A stretch of DNA of 64,000 nt, taken from assembly GCA_965223325.1 (NCBI GenBank), contig CBDCWI010000001.1, forward strand, positions 480,001-544,000, written 5' to 3'. The stretch is from Candidatus Multivoradales bacterium. GTDB lineage: Bacteria; Acidobacteriota; Thermoanaerobaculia; Multivoradales; Multivoraceae. The position numbers and the translations under genes were made by a program. Below, piece after piece: positions 10,811-20,650 of the stretch. Under the pieces are notes generated by a model that was not told where the DNA came from, searched no databases, and saw only the letters and a list, made by a program, of their open reading frames with translations. Positions within the stretch are counted from its first letter, which is position 1; each line of letters opens with the position of its first letter.

Positions 10811-10945
10811 TCATCGCTTCCTCTTGGGCCGCCCAATGGTCTCGGCAACCGTGGTGGCCGGACGCTTCTCGGCCTGCTTGACGGGGATGAACTTTCCAGT
10901 GCGCGCGTCTCGCCCGATCTTCACGGTCTTCTTCTTGCTAGCCAC
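10811..10945 (-). CDS. 44-aa basic small protein (GRDARTGKFIP...PATTVAE) heading the CBASS operon
   Basis: AAGGAG RBS 9 nt before GTG 10945; same strand as CBASS; resembles a recurrent small-protein family (recollection). Confidence 0.7.
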   Translation of the reverse strand: MASKKKTVKIGRDARTGKFIPVKQAEKRPATTVAETIGRPKRKR

Positions 10946-11067
10946 GAGGGAGGACTCCTTTGAGCCAGATACATTGATATCGACGAGAACAATCATAACG
11001 CCAAACCACAAGGTGTAGCGTTCATTCTTCGCCATCAATGGAACATCTTGTGGTGATATCGCGATTT

Positions 11068-11095
11068 TCCTCCCAGAACCATGGTTCTGGGAGGA
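11068..11095. promoter_or_regulatory. Perfect 28-bp palindrome TCCTCCCAGAACCA|TGGTTCTGGGAGGA overlapping the integrase Shine-Dalgarno
   Basis: Arms are exact reverse complements; lies in the AT-richer divergent region between CBASS and the integrase; function inferred. Confidence 0.7.
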
Positions 11096-11101
11096 CATCT
11101 C

Positions 11102-12141
11102 ATGAGCTCGAAAAACAACAACCCGAAGCCGCTGGAGCTAGAAGTCGTCGAGACCACCCAGGCGATCACCACGCAAGACACCACCGCCAGTGCCCTCGAG
11201 CAGGCCCGCATCACTTCGGACCAATTCCAGGCCTTGCGCGAAGTCCCCGCTGAGGAGGAATGGTTCGCCAACATCCAGAACCCTCACACGCGCCGCGCCT
11301 ACCGCCGCGATCTGGCCGACTTCACCACCTTCCTCGGCATCGAAGAGCGTCAGCAGCTAACCGATGTACGCCCGGCGCACGTCATCGCTTGGCGCCGCGA
11401 GCTCCTCGGGCGGGGCTATGCCGCGGCGACCGTCCGCCGTCGCCTTTCGGCCGTCTCGGCACTCTATGCCTTCCCGCCGAGCGCCAGGTCGTGCTTCAGA
11501 ACCCGGTTCTGGGCGTCTCACGCCCGAACGAGGGCGCGAACGAAGGCAAGACCCCGGCTGCGGCACCGAAACAGGCCCTGGCGCTCCTCGAAGCCCCGGA
11601 CAGGTCAACGCTTCAGGGACTGCGCGATCGCGCAATGCTCTCGGTGCTCCTCTACCACGGCCTGCGCCGTGAGGAGCTCGTTCGGCTGCGCGTGTGCGAC
11701 GCCGAGGAACGCGAAGGCGTCATGCACTTCGTCGTGCACGGGAAGGGCGCAAAGATCCGCTATGTCCCCATCGCTCCCGACACACTCGAGGACCTTGCGG
11801 CCTACCTCGAGGAAGCCGGCCATGGAAACGCTCGCGAACACGCCCTCTTCCAACCGACCCGCCTTGGCAGAGGTGCAGATCCGGGCAAAGGGCTGCACCC
11901 GGATGGGGTCCGACGCCTTGTGAAACGCTACGCCCGCCTGGCTGGCATTCGCGCGGATCGGTTCTCGACCCATTCACTGCGCTCGACGTCAGCCACCGCA
12001 GCGCTCGATGGCGGTGCCGACATCGAGGAAGTGGCCCGCTGGCTAGGCCATGCGAACCCCGCCACGACCAAGCTCTACGACAAGCGTGACCACAAGGCGC
12101 AGAGTTCTCCGACCTTTAAGATCGACTACCGTTCGCGCTGA
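11102..12141 (+). pseudogene. Tyrosine recombinase (XerC/resolvase-like) with one frameshift near 11474 (real or sequencing error)
   Basis: SAM-like N-terminus (HTRRAYRRDL, ATVRRRLSAVS) in ORF 11081; RDRAML, GLRREE, HGKG, HSLRST, WLGHANPATTKLY in ORF 11260. Confidence 0.88.
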
Positions 12142-12194
12142 ACCCACTGCCCATTCCGAATCCAAGAAGTCGGATTGAATTCTCAGGAGGTTCG

Positions 12195-12596
12195 CTGCTT
12201 GAGCACCGGGAACTCGCCTCGGTGCTCGTGGATGAATCGAAACCTCATCGCCGGCGGTCCGAGAAGATCGCCACTGCTTCTTTTAGGATGTCTCGCTCTT
12301 CGCTGACCCGTCGAAGCTCCTGCTTCAGTCGGGCCACCTCATCGTCGCGGCTTCTGCCTTCACCAGGGAATGATCCAGCTGGATCATCGACCAGGTGCTT
12401 CTTCCAACGCCGAAGCATGTCGGGGCGCAGATCCAGGTCCCGAGCAACCTGGCTCAGGCTGTGCCCCCCTTCGGTCACAAGGCGAACTGCTTCCTGCTTG
12501 AACTCTCGGTCGAACTTTCTTCGTCGTCTCGGCATCGAACACCTCCTCGGCCATTCTCAGGCCTTTCGCGGTGTCCACCAAATCCGGGCAAGCTCA
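12195..12596 (-). mobile_element. IS3-family remnant: IRL + orfA + first ~15 codons of orfB
   Basis: IRL TGAGCTTGCCCGGATTTGGTGGACACC from 12596; orfB start MRFRFIHEHRGEFPV then ends. Confidence 0.88.
12245..12535 (-). CDS. IS3 transposase OrfA (HTH + coiled coil)
   Basis: RRKFDREFKQEAVRLV...VARDLDL...ERDILKEAVAIF. Confidence 0.9.
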   Translation of the reverse strand: MPRRRRKFDREFKQEAVRLVTEGGHSLSQVARDLDLRPDMLRRWKKHLVDDPAGSFPGEGRSRDDEVARLKQELRRVSEERDILKEAVAIFSDRRR

Positions 12597-12962
12597 ATCC
12601 ATGTCGATCTCAAGGCCCGCCTCCGAAGCAGCCTGCATCACCTCTGGTGAAAGACGAAAGCCGACAATGTCTTCGCAGAACACGCCGAGAAAGATGTTCA
12701 TCTCGGCAGGAAAGCCAGATCGACGGGCTTCTAAGGCCTGTCCGACTAGCACGGCAAGCTCCCTCTCAAGTGTTGTCGGTGTGCCCTCGACGATGATCAT
12801 CGAGATGTCGTGTGGATAGGAGGCGTAGGTCCGGCCCATAACAACGCGAGGTTCTCCCGCGCGTACGAAACGGTCCGGTTCACGGCCGAAGGCCGCCGCG
12901 AATTCGTTGGGCGCGCTCATCACACGTAGCGCGATGGAGGTTGAGGTGGTCGACTGCTTCAT
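12594..12962 (-). CDS. DUF4279-like protein, candidate orphan toxin immunity protein
   Basis: G.EPD..VRAGE and GFRLSPEVMQAASEAGLEIDMD pattern; stop codon supplied by the IS3 IRL. Confidence 0.55.
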   Translation of the reverse strand: MKQSTTSTSIALRVMSAPNEFAAAFGREPDRFVRAGEPRVVMGRTYASYPHDISMIIVEGTPTTLERELAVLVGQALEARRSGFPAEMNIFLGVFCEDIVGFRLSPEVMQAASEAGLEIDMD

Positions 12963-13112
12963 CTAAATATCGACTCAGACAGAAGTAGTCATCAGCAAGA
13001 TTGCCAAGTATCTCTCCAGTTTCAGGATGGATAGTAGCGCTGCTGGATAGCCATGTTCCGCCAGCGGAATGATCAGGGACGTACAGCGCACCGCCGCCAC
13101 GCCGGGCGTCCC

Positions 13113-13808
13113 TTACCGTGCCTCCTGGTCCCCTTGGAACTCGCGCTCGGGCATCGATACCAACTCAAGCAGCAACCGCCCCAGTGTGGTGATCTGCCGT
13201 TGCTTCTCTTGAGTCTCGACCAGGCCGAGCCTCACCAGGGTCGCGTCGTAGGCGGCCCTAAGAGCACCGCGTCTTACCTCCGATTCCGGCGCCCCGATCT
13301 CTTCGGAAGCAGTCCTCAGAACCTCGGCGTGCTTCACATGAAAGTCCTGGAGGTCTCGGCCGCTGCAGGCGTACGACGTCAAGATGACCACTTCAGGATC
13401 CGACAGCGACGCGACCAATGACAACATCTTCTTCTGAGCCGCGGCGTCGACTTCGTCAGCCGAAAGAGATCTCGCGATGATGTTCGCGATCCGCTTCCGT
13501 GCTTCATCAGACAGGGCTCGAGACGCGAAGAGGAGACCGTCCTCGAAAAGGTCTAGGACCTCTACCGAGTCAAGTCGCGCTCGAACTTCTTCTTGGTCGA
13601 CTCCGAGGGCCGCGAGCCTCTCGTCCAAGATCTTGAGGTACTCGTGCAGACGGTCGATCTTCTGCCCCGGAATCAAGTGGTCCACGGCTTCGACCGCCGC
13701 CGAGCCAACCACCGGCAGAGCACCCACCACGCTTCTGGTCAAGGCCGCTTGGAGGTCCCTACGGCGACCCTTCTTGTCGTCGATGTCGTCGGCGGATCTG
13801 GTCATCAT
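13113..13808 (-). CDS. Abi-alpha/DUF4393-like protein (helical domain + C-terminal winged helix)
   Basis: VGALPVVGSAAVE N-terminus, LSDPEVVIL, LVRLGLV..ITTLGRLLLE wHTH-like end. Confidence 0.55.
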   Translation of the reverse strand: MMTRSADDIDDKKGRRRDLQAALTRSVVGALPVVGSAAVEAVDHLIPGQKIDRLHEYLKILDERLAALGVDQEEVRARLDSVEVLDLFEDGLLFASRALSDEARKRIANIIARSLSADEVDAAAQKKMLSLVASLSDPEVVILTSYACSGRDLQDFHVKHAEVLRTASEEIGAPESEVRRGALRAAYDATLVRLGLVETQEKQRQITTLGRLLLELVSMPEREFQGDQEAR

Positions 13809-14011
13809 CGCCCCTCTTCAAGCGTCCTCGTTGTGGCCACGGCTCCGCTGTCCAGCACGAGAGGTCCACCGAAACGCGCACCTTCGGAGACGACGGAAGA
13901 CAAGGCGTAGACCACCGCGACGCCCTTGCTGTTCCAGCGCCCTCCGGTCTTCTTCGATCCGATACCGCTGAAAGCGCTCTCGGCTCGCGCGCGTGTTGTC
14001 AGGCGCCCGGC

Positions 14012-14500
14012 TCAACGCTGCGCTGTACGGAATCGGATGTCGAACACTGGCGGCATTGCGCCACAGTTCTTGGTTTTGAGGCGAACGAGCGGTCCAGGCC
14101 CAAGGGCCTCAACAGCTGCTTCATCCAGATTCCAGCTGAGGCTAATGCGGGCGGTTAGTCCAGGCGCAACCGATCGCCACTCCGGAGCGCCTCCACCAAC
14201 GAACTCGGCCCCATAGACCTTCTCTCCAACAACGAGATCCGCATCGGTCACCTCACAGGTGCCTTCACCGTGATTTGTCACTCGCAGTTCAAGGCCGACA
14301 TGCTCGCTGCCGATGAGGCCACTGATTCCGGTTGTTTCGAGCACCACCCCTGAAACGTCGGCTGCCCATAGCCCATCAATGGATCGCGTGAGGCCTTGGG
14401 GTGTGTACGCGAAACCCGGATCACAGGCACTGAGAACGAGTGAGAAACCGACAACCGTGACGATTCTGACACCAGACAGCAGTTCATCGTACATAGACAA
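14012..14500 (-). CDS. Lipoprotein, candidate immunity protein of the RHS toxin
   Basis: Lipobox LSAC after a hydrophobic stretch; overlaps the RHS stop codon. Confidence 0.6.
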   Translation of the reverse strand: MSMYDELLSGVRIVTVVGFSLVLSACDPGFAYTPQGLTRSIDGLWAADVSGVVLETTGISGLIGSEHVGLELRVTNHGEGTCEVTDADLVVGEKVYGAEFVGGGAPEWRSVAPGLTARISLSWNLDEAAVEALGPGPLVRLKTKNCGAMPPVFDIRFRTAQR

Positions 14501-17500
14501 GGAACCCCTGTATGAACTGGAGGCCCTTCTTCAGGCCCCCGCTCCGGGCATGTTCTTCAACGTCGGCATTAATCGCCTCGAGATCTGCTTCAGAAAGTGG
14601 CTCCCCCGAGATGAGCTTTTCCAAGATGTCTGGGTGTTGTTGAAGGAAAGTGCGCACACGAGCCTCCGTTTTTCGGGCAAGCTCTTCGAAGACTATTCCG
14701 AGATAGGCCTCGTTATGGCCCGCCCCTTCACCCTTGAATCGATTCTCAAGGTAGTTTCCTACATAGGCGCCGTAGAAGGCACCGCCCACGATTTGGTAGA
14801 AGCGCACATGATCGAGTTCGTGTCCTAGCAGCGCTAGGCCCTCTAGCGTTCGACGTCTGACACCGCTACTCGTCTCTCCGGGCTCCACGAAGACGAAGTT
14901 CCCCAGCGCGATCGCGGTGTTCTTGTTCGGTACAAGTCGACTGTCCAAGAACAGTTGGGTTGATGAGAAGTCGGCGCCGAACCACCTATTGAAGAACTGC
15001 AGCACGTTTGCTTCGAGTGGCTCGAGACCATCGGGATCAACGAAGCTCATGGGGTTGTTATAGCTGTAGATGTAGCGGTTCCAGCTCAGGGTGCGTCCTG
15101 GCTTCCCAGAGATCGGATCTACCGAAACGAATCTCCCCAAGAGCGGCGAACTGTACCTGGCATGCATGTAGTCCAGATCATCCATCACGTTGGTCGTAAT
15201 GGCCTCATCCCGCTCATGAGACGTAAATTTCGTCGTCGCCTTCACCCCGTCGCCACTGGGGCTACTGGGCGTGACCTGCTCCCCAAAGGGAAAGAACTCG
15301 TAGGTCTCGACGACGCTTCCTGAGCTGTCGCGGACCGTCCTCGGTGAGCGGAGGTGGTCGCGGTAGTAGAAGAGCGTTTCGCCATCTTCTTCGACCGACG
15401 CAATGTTGAGGGGACCGGCGTAGATGCTGTCCCGATAGCGGCGCGTATAGCCGCTGCCTGTACTTCCTGGCGGTTCGGACTTCGACCAACACTCCGTGTC
15501 GTCGGTTTCGAAACTGTCCGCGAAAAGCGCTCCCGCGTTGCCACCCGTCGGAAAGCCACACGAGCCCCTGTACTCTCGGATCACCTGCCCGTTGAAGTCC
15601 CTCAAGGTGTATTGATCATCGCCTGGCCGCGCTTCGACGATTCGTTCGTCGTCGGCAGTGTAGACGTAGCTGTGATCCTGGGCACCGGTGGAGAGTTCCA
15701 GCATCGCTCCTAGCAGGTCCCAGGTGTAGCCGACGGAACCGCTCCCCGCATCCGGACGGCTGGTCATGTTGCCCTGCTCGTCATAGGTCCAGGTGCCCGG
15801 CCCGGTCACTCGATTGCTCCCGGTACTGACAGTTACCAAGTTCGGCGCCCACGAGGATCCCGTCCAATTCTCGACATTGGTGCGGTTGCCGAAGTCATCG
15901 TACGTGTAGCGCTGTTGGTTCGTGGATGAACCGAGATCGGCCTCGATCAGCCGACTGGCTCCTCGATAGTAGTACTGCGCACCGCCGACCTGAGTGACGT
16001 TCCCGGCGCCGTCGTAGGCCAGGGTCCATGTCGTTGCTCCGTCTGAGAAGCTGCTGGGGCGTCCCATGCGATTCGGATCGAAGCCGAGGGTGTAGTTCTT
16101 CGAGTTTGCGAGCTGGTACTGGTGAGGCATACCGTTACGGTGAAACAGGAGATTCGTCACGTAATCCTGGTCTGCTGACGTGACCGTCGACAGTGCCCCC
16201 TCATCGTAGGTGAAATCGACTTCTCGTGTGGTCACGGCACAGTCCGTCGAGGCCACACTCGCGACACGACAGGGGTAGACGAGTTTCGAAACACCCCCGA
16301 GTTCATCGTACTCCTGGCGCTGGTAGAAGAAGATCGACGGCTCACCGGGAGGAGCGATCTCGGTGTGTCGGCCATCGGGACGCCCGTCACGGCCTTTGTA
16401 GGTGTAGGTCTCGCTGATGAGGTAGGCGTTCCCACCGGGAAGGTAGGACCAACGCTTCGCCGTCTTCAACTGGCCACGGGCGCCGAGACCGTTGGCGGCG
16501 CTGCTGTTGCCGTAGTACTCGAACTGCTTGTATTTCGTGCCGTTCTGGTGCTCGACGCGATCGAGGCGACCGGCTGCGTCGTAGTAGTACCGGCGCGACT
16601 TGGTCGAGGGTTCGCTGCTGTAGCGCTTCTCGAGAACGTTCCCCCTCGAGTCGTACTTGGCATAGAGGACCTGGCCGGTCTCCGGGTGGGTTTCGCTGGT
16701 GAGAAAACCACGGCCGTCATAGGTCCAACCTCTCGACTGCGCCGGACCGTCCAGGGAGAACCCGTTGTCGTTGTGCGTGGTGTAAGTCGCGTGCTGGAGG
16801 ACTGCGCTCTTGAGTCGCCCTCCCGCATCGTGACCGTAGCTCGCAAATAGATAGTCGCCCGCATTGACATCCCGGAGGCTTTCTCGGGTGCTCACAAGGC
16901 GCCCGTAGCCGTCGTATTGCAAGATCTTCATGCCGCAGAGCCAACCCGAGTTCGACTGCCCGGCCTTGAAGCAGAATGAGCCTGCCTCTCCGGAACGAGG
17001 GCGCATGCGCACGAGGCTGGCAGACCACTGTTCGCCTACATGGGCATAGTCGGTCTGGAAGCCATCTGGTGCGATCGATACTTTCGGCCGACCGTAGCGG
17101 TCGAACCCCGAGAATGTCGTGCTCGAAGAACTCTGGGTACAACCGTTCGCGTGCTCAGAGGTGGACTCGAGCTCGGTAGAGCATGTTGTCCACCCGAGGA
17201 CGTTGCGCTCGATGAGACGCTCAGACGTCACGGTGTTCCCCGGTGATCCGACGCTTGCGACGTTCCGCCGCTCCGCACTGACTGCCCCGTTGCCGTCGAA
17301 GTAGATCGTTTCGGCGGTCGCGATGGCCCCGAGGCAACTCCCGCCGCCTGGCCGTTGATAGCGGTTGATGTGGGCCAGGCCCGAGACTGAGAGAGTGCTG
17401 CCATAGCTCCAAGTCGCACTCTGGTAGTCGATGTCGGTACAGGCGCCTAGTGGGCTCCCGTTGTAGGGGTTCGCCTCCGTCATGCGCCCTAGATCATCGT

Positions 17501-19645
17501 ACTCATAGCGAACCGAGAACCCTTGCGTGTCGTTGTCTTGACGTGCTGAATAGTCTTCTTCCACCAGCCCGGTGCTCGCGTCGATATCGCGGTCGACGAG
17601 CCGGGCACCGTCTCCTACGAAGAAGCTCTTCTTGAGTGCGCCGTACTGGTACTCGTGACTAAGTTCATAGTCGGCTGTCCCGAGCGACGCCGAACAGGTA
17701 TTGCTGGTCGGCACCTGGTCGTTGACGCCGCCGTGGTGCTTCTCGCTGGTGACGAAGCCGCCGCTCTGGCCAAACTCGACGATCACATCCTTCGGGCCGA
17801 GGCTGGTGCCCACGGCGATTCTTCGGGTTCGCTCGAGGAAGCCGTTGCCGGCGTCGAAACAGAACTCGGTCTTGTCGGTGTCGCCGCCCTCGCTGACCTG
17901 GGTGTAGTTGAAGATACCGAGAACCCACTCGCCGCTTAGTGAAGGAGCCGTGCCGCTACAGCCGGAGTCCCAGTCACAACTGTAGGTTGTGCTCACCTTG
18001 TTGAAGTTGCTCGTAGAGACACGCGACGTCGGGGACGCACTGCTGCCGGAGCCCAGGCTGCTGGTGGTGGTTGACGTTCGGAAGTGGCCGAGGCCGTCGT
18101 AGCTCGACCGCTCCGTTTTCGTCCAGGCGCTGTTGCCTCCAGGGCTGCCCCAGTTGTTGCCGTCATCGTCGTCGTGGTAGATGACTTCTTCTTTCAGAAC
18201 ATGAGGGTTCGTCGGGAAATAGGGTCCGGTCGGCGTACTTCGACCGGGTCCGTAGGCATAGCGCACGTAGAACGAACGCAGAGGATTGGCGTGATCCGTC
18301 GCAGAGAATTCTTGCCGCGAGAGAAACAACCCGGAATCGTGAGGTGACGCAAGAGCCCCGCTGGTTGTGAGCGGAAGCCCGCGGCGCGCGTCCTCAGTCT
18401 CGTTCGAGTAGAAGTAATGCTTCGTCAAGTGATTGAGTGGATCGGTAACGTGAACCACTCGCGTGTCGGTCACGACGTTGTTGAAGTTGTCATATTGCCA
18501 GGAGCCCGAACTGGTCCCAAAGCCGCTCCCCTTGTCGTACGGAACCGTCAGCGTACGCATATCGATCGCCGTGACAGTTTCTACCCAGTCTTTTCCGAGC
18601 CCGGCGTTGAGGTCCCAAATCTGGTAGGTCCACTCGTAGGTCGACCCCGTCGGAACCGTCATGCGTTCGAGAAGCCCATTCTTGAACTTGTCTGCCGGTG
18701 CCGATGAGTCGGAACGTAGTCGAACTCAAACCGCTCGGTCTCGGGTAGGTTCAGCTGTTCGAGAAACGAGTAGGTGGTGTGGCCGTTGGTCGAGTCGTGT
18801 GGCTTGTACGTGTCGCGGTTGATGTAGCTGAAGGTGTACGGCGTGGTACCACCCCCGAACTTCGCCAGGTTGACCTGGTTGATTCTCGACTGCCCCGACG
18901 GGTCCGTCGAGAGTGAGACGGTGTGCGTGCGGATCCCGTCATTCACCGTCCACTGCGTGGGTTGGGCCACACCGCCGCTGTAGGTAATCGAGACTTCATT
19001 GCCGAAACGGTCGGCAATCAGGCGGATACGACCCTCGACTGTCTCAAAGTAACGCCTCGTTCCGTCCGCGTGTTCGACCACATGGCAACTGATTGTGAGG
19101 GAACCACAGCTCGAAGAGGGTTGGTTGGTCCTGAGGCGCATGAACGAACCGTCTCGTGTGTAGAGCGTCCACTGACCGCTGGCGCTTCCCTCGGACCCGT
19201 TCGTTGAGTGCCACAGGTCACCCCAGAAGATGCGCTTTGAACCATCGCCGTCGAGAAGCGCCCAGCGATTACCGCTGAAGTCGTTGTTTGCGTCGGGCGC
19301 AAAGAGACGGCCGAACTCGATCATCCAACCAAAGCCGGCATTGGAACGAACGTCGAGCTCAGTGAGCGCGGTCTGACCGTTATCCTCGAACTGCCATGGG
19401 TAGTGGATGTAGACGAGGTTGAAGCGATAGGACAGCGTGCTCGAAACCACGTACTCGATTCCTAGCGGGATCGCGACACTGAGACTGCCATTCGATAGGT
19501 TGACTGAGTCGAGCTGGCCGAACTCGTAGGCCGTGGGGTTGCTGAGGCCTTTGGCCAGATTTGGGTGTTCCTGGGCTGCGGTCGGGGTCGAGAACAAGAC
19601 CAGTGAACCGATGGCGAGCGCAGTGGCAAGGTTTCGACAGTTCAT
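14484..19645 (-). CDS. Signal-peptide RHS/YD-repeat polymorphic toxin (~1720 aa if joined), split by a frameshift near 18713; DUF4157-like HExxH tip
   Basis: ORFs 18659-19645 (signal peptide, DSVNLSNGSL) and 14484-18662 (YD repeats, DHLRSPR, YMHARY..LGRFVSVDP, NNPMSFVDPDG, tip LLGHELDHV); frames join as FDYV/SDSSAPADKFKNGLLERMTVPTG. Confidence 0.88.
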
Positions 19646-20376
19646 TGCAGGTCCTCCACGGCCTCGACCAGCACTCCTCGAAAGGTTTTTGTGTCAAAGA
19701 AGAGGACTCGATCGCCTTCGAGAATCTCTCGGAGCCTCTCGTTGGGCCTCGTCTCCCCTCTTGGCTTCAGGCTGGTCAGGGGGACGGTTAGTTGGGCGTT
19801 CTCCTCGAGGTCCATGTCGTCCTCGCCGCCATCGCGAAACTCCCTCGCCCAACTCCCAACTCCTGGCCGGATCCAGACGACCTCGAGGCGCTTTCCTTCG
19901 TACCTGATCTGTACCGGCGCATTGGCCTCGCTCGGCCTACGGAAGGTGATTCCGTCTATGTCGGGGAGCCGAAGTTCTCGTCCACCGGATACTTCGACAC
20001 CGCTATCGCCACGCTCGAGATCAATAGCAAGCCACACTGTGGCCCCGTCGTAGCTCCTATCGAGGTCGATCGCAGCGAAACCGGACGCGTCGGCGGTAGC
20101 CGTCTCATGAAGTCGATGGGTCTCGAGCCAAGTGCCTTCGATCAGCTCTTTGATGTACCCGAAGAAGAATGTTCTCGCTCCTGCAACAAGGCCAGATGCC
20201 GAGACACGCTCGGTCGGCACGTCGAACGTGACCTGAACCGGCCCCTGAGGCGGCGGAGCGGACGCGTCGGGAAGCTTGAAAAGCGAGTCGAATGGCACTG
20301 AACCTGCGCCACCCTGAGCCGACACTCCGGTCGTCGCAACGATCGCCAGAATGACAAAAGACAGCAGCTGTTTCAT
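19642..20376 (-). CDS. Secreted hypothetical protein coupled to the RHS gene
   Basis: AAAGGAGA RBS, signal peptide MKQLLSFVILAIVATTGVSA; stop overlaps RHS ATG. Confidence 0.75.
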   Translation of the reverse strand: MKQLLSFVILAIVATTGVSAQGGAGSVPFDSLFKLPDASAPPPQGPVQVTFDVPTERVSASGLVAGARTFFFGYIKELIEGTWLETHRLHETATADASGFAAIDLDRSYDGATVWLAIDLERGDSGVEVSGGRELRLPDIDGITFRRPSEANAPVQIRYEGKRLEVVWIRPGVGSWAREFRDGGEDDMDLEENAQLTVPLTSLKPRGETRPNERLREILEGDRVLFFDTKTFRGVLVEAVEDLQ

Positions 20377-20650
20377 GCGATCTCCTTTGGGTCTCGCGTG
20401 GACCCACAGGGGCGAACAAGGCAACTCGCGCGAGGTCAGAATCGCGAGTTCGGTCGCCGGAAAAGACGCTGGCTGCTGTCTCGACATCAGGCTAGCACAC
20501 GCCCTCGAAGAACGGAACGAGCGGGCCGCATCCGGTGGAAGACCCGCGGAAACGCCGTCACCGAGGCCGGGTTCAGTTTCAGGCGCGCCTAGGCTCTGCG
20601 GCCCTACTCCTCGGAGACCTCACCGAAAAAGACGCCGGTGATGGGGGCCG

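Noticed and set aside
10596-10814. 72-aa ORF between the microprotein and patatin
   Set aside because: ATGA overlap is suggestive, but composition is low-complexity with no motif; cannot be supported
18659-18720. Programmed ribosomal frameshift in the RHS gene
   Set aside because: No slippery heptamer visible; a single-base loss in a short T run explains it
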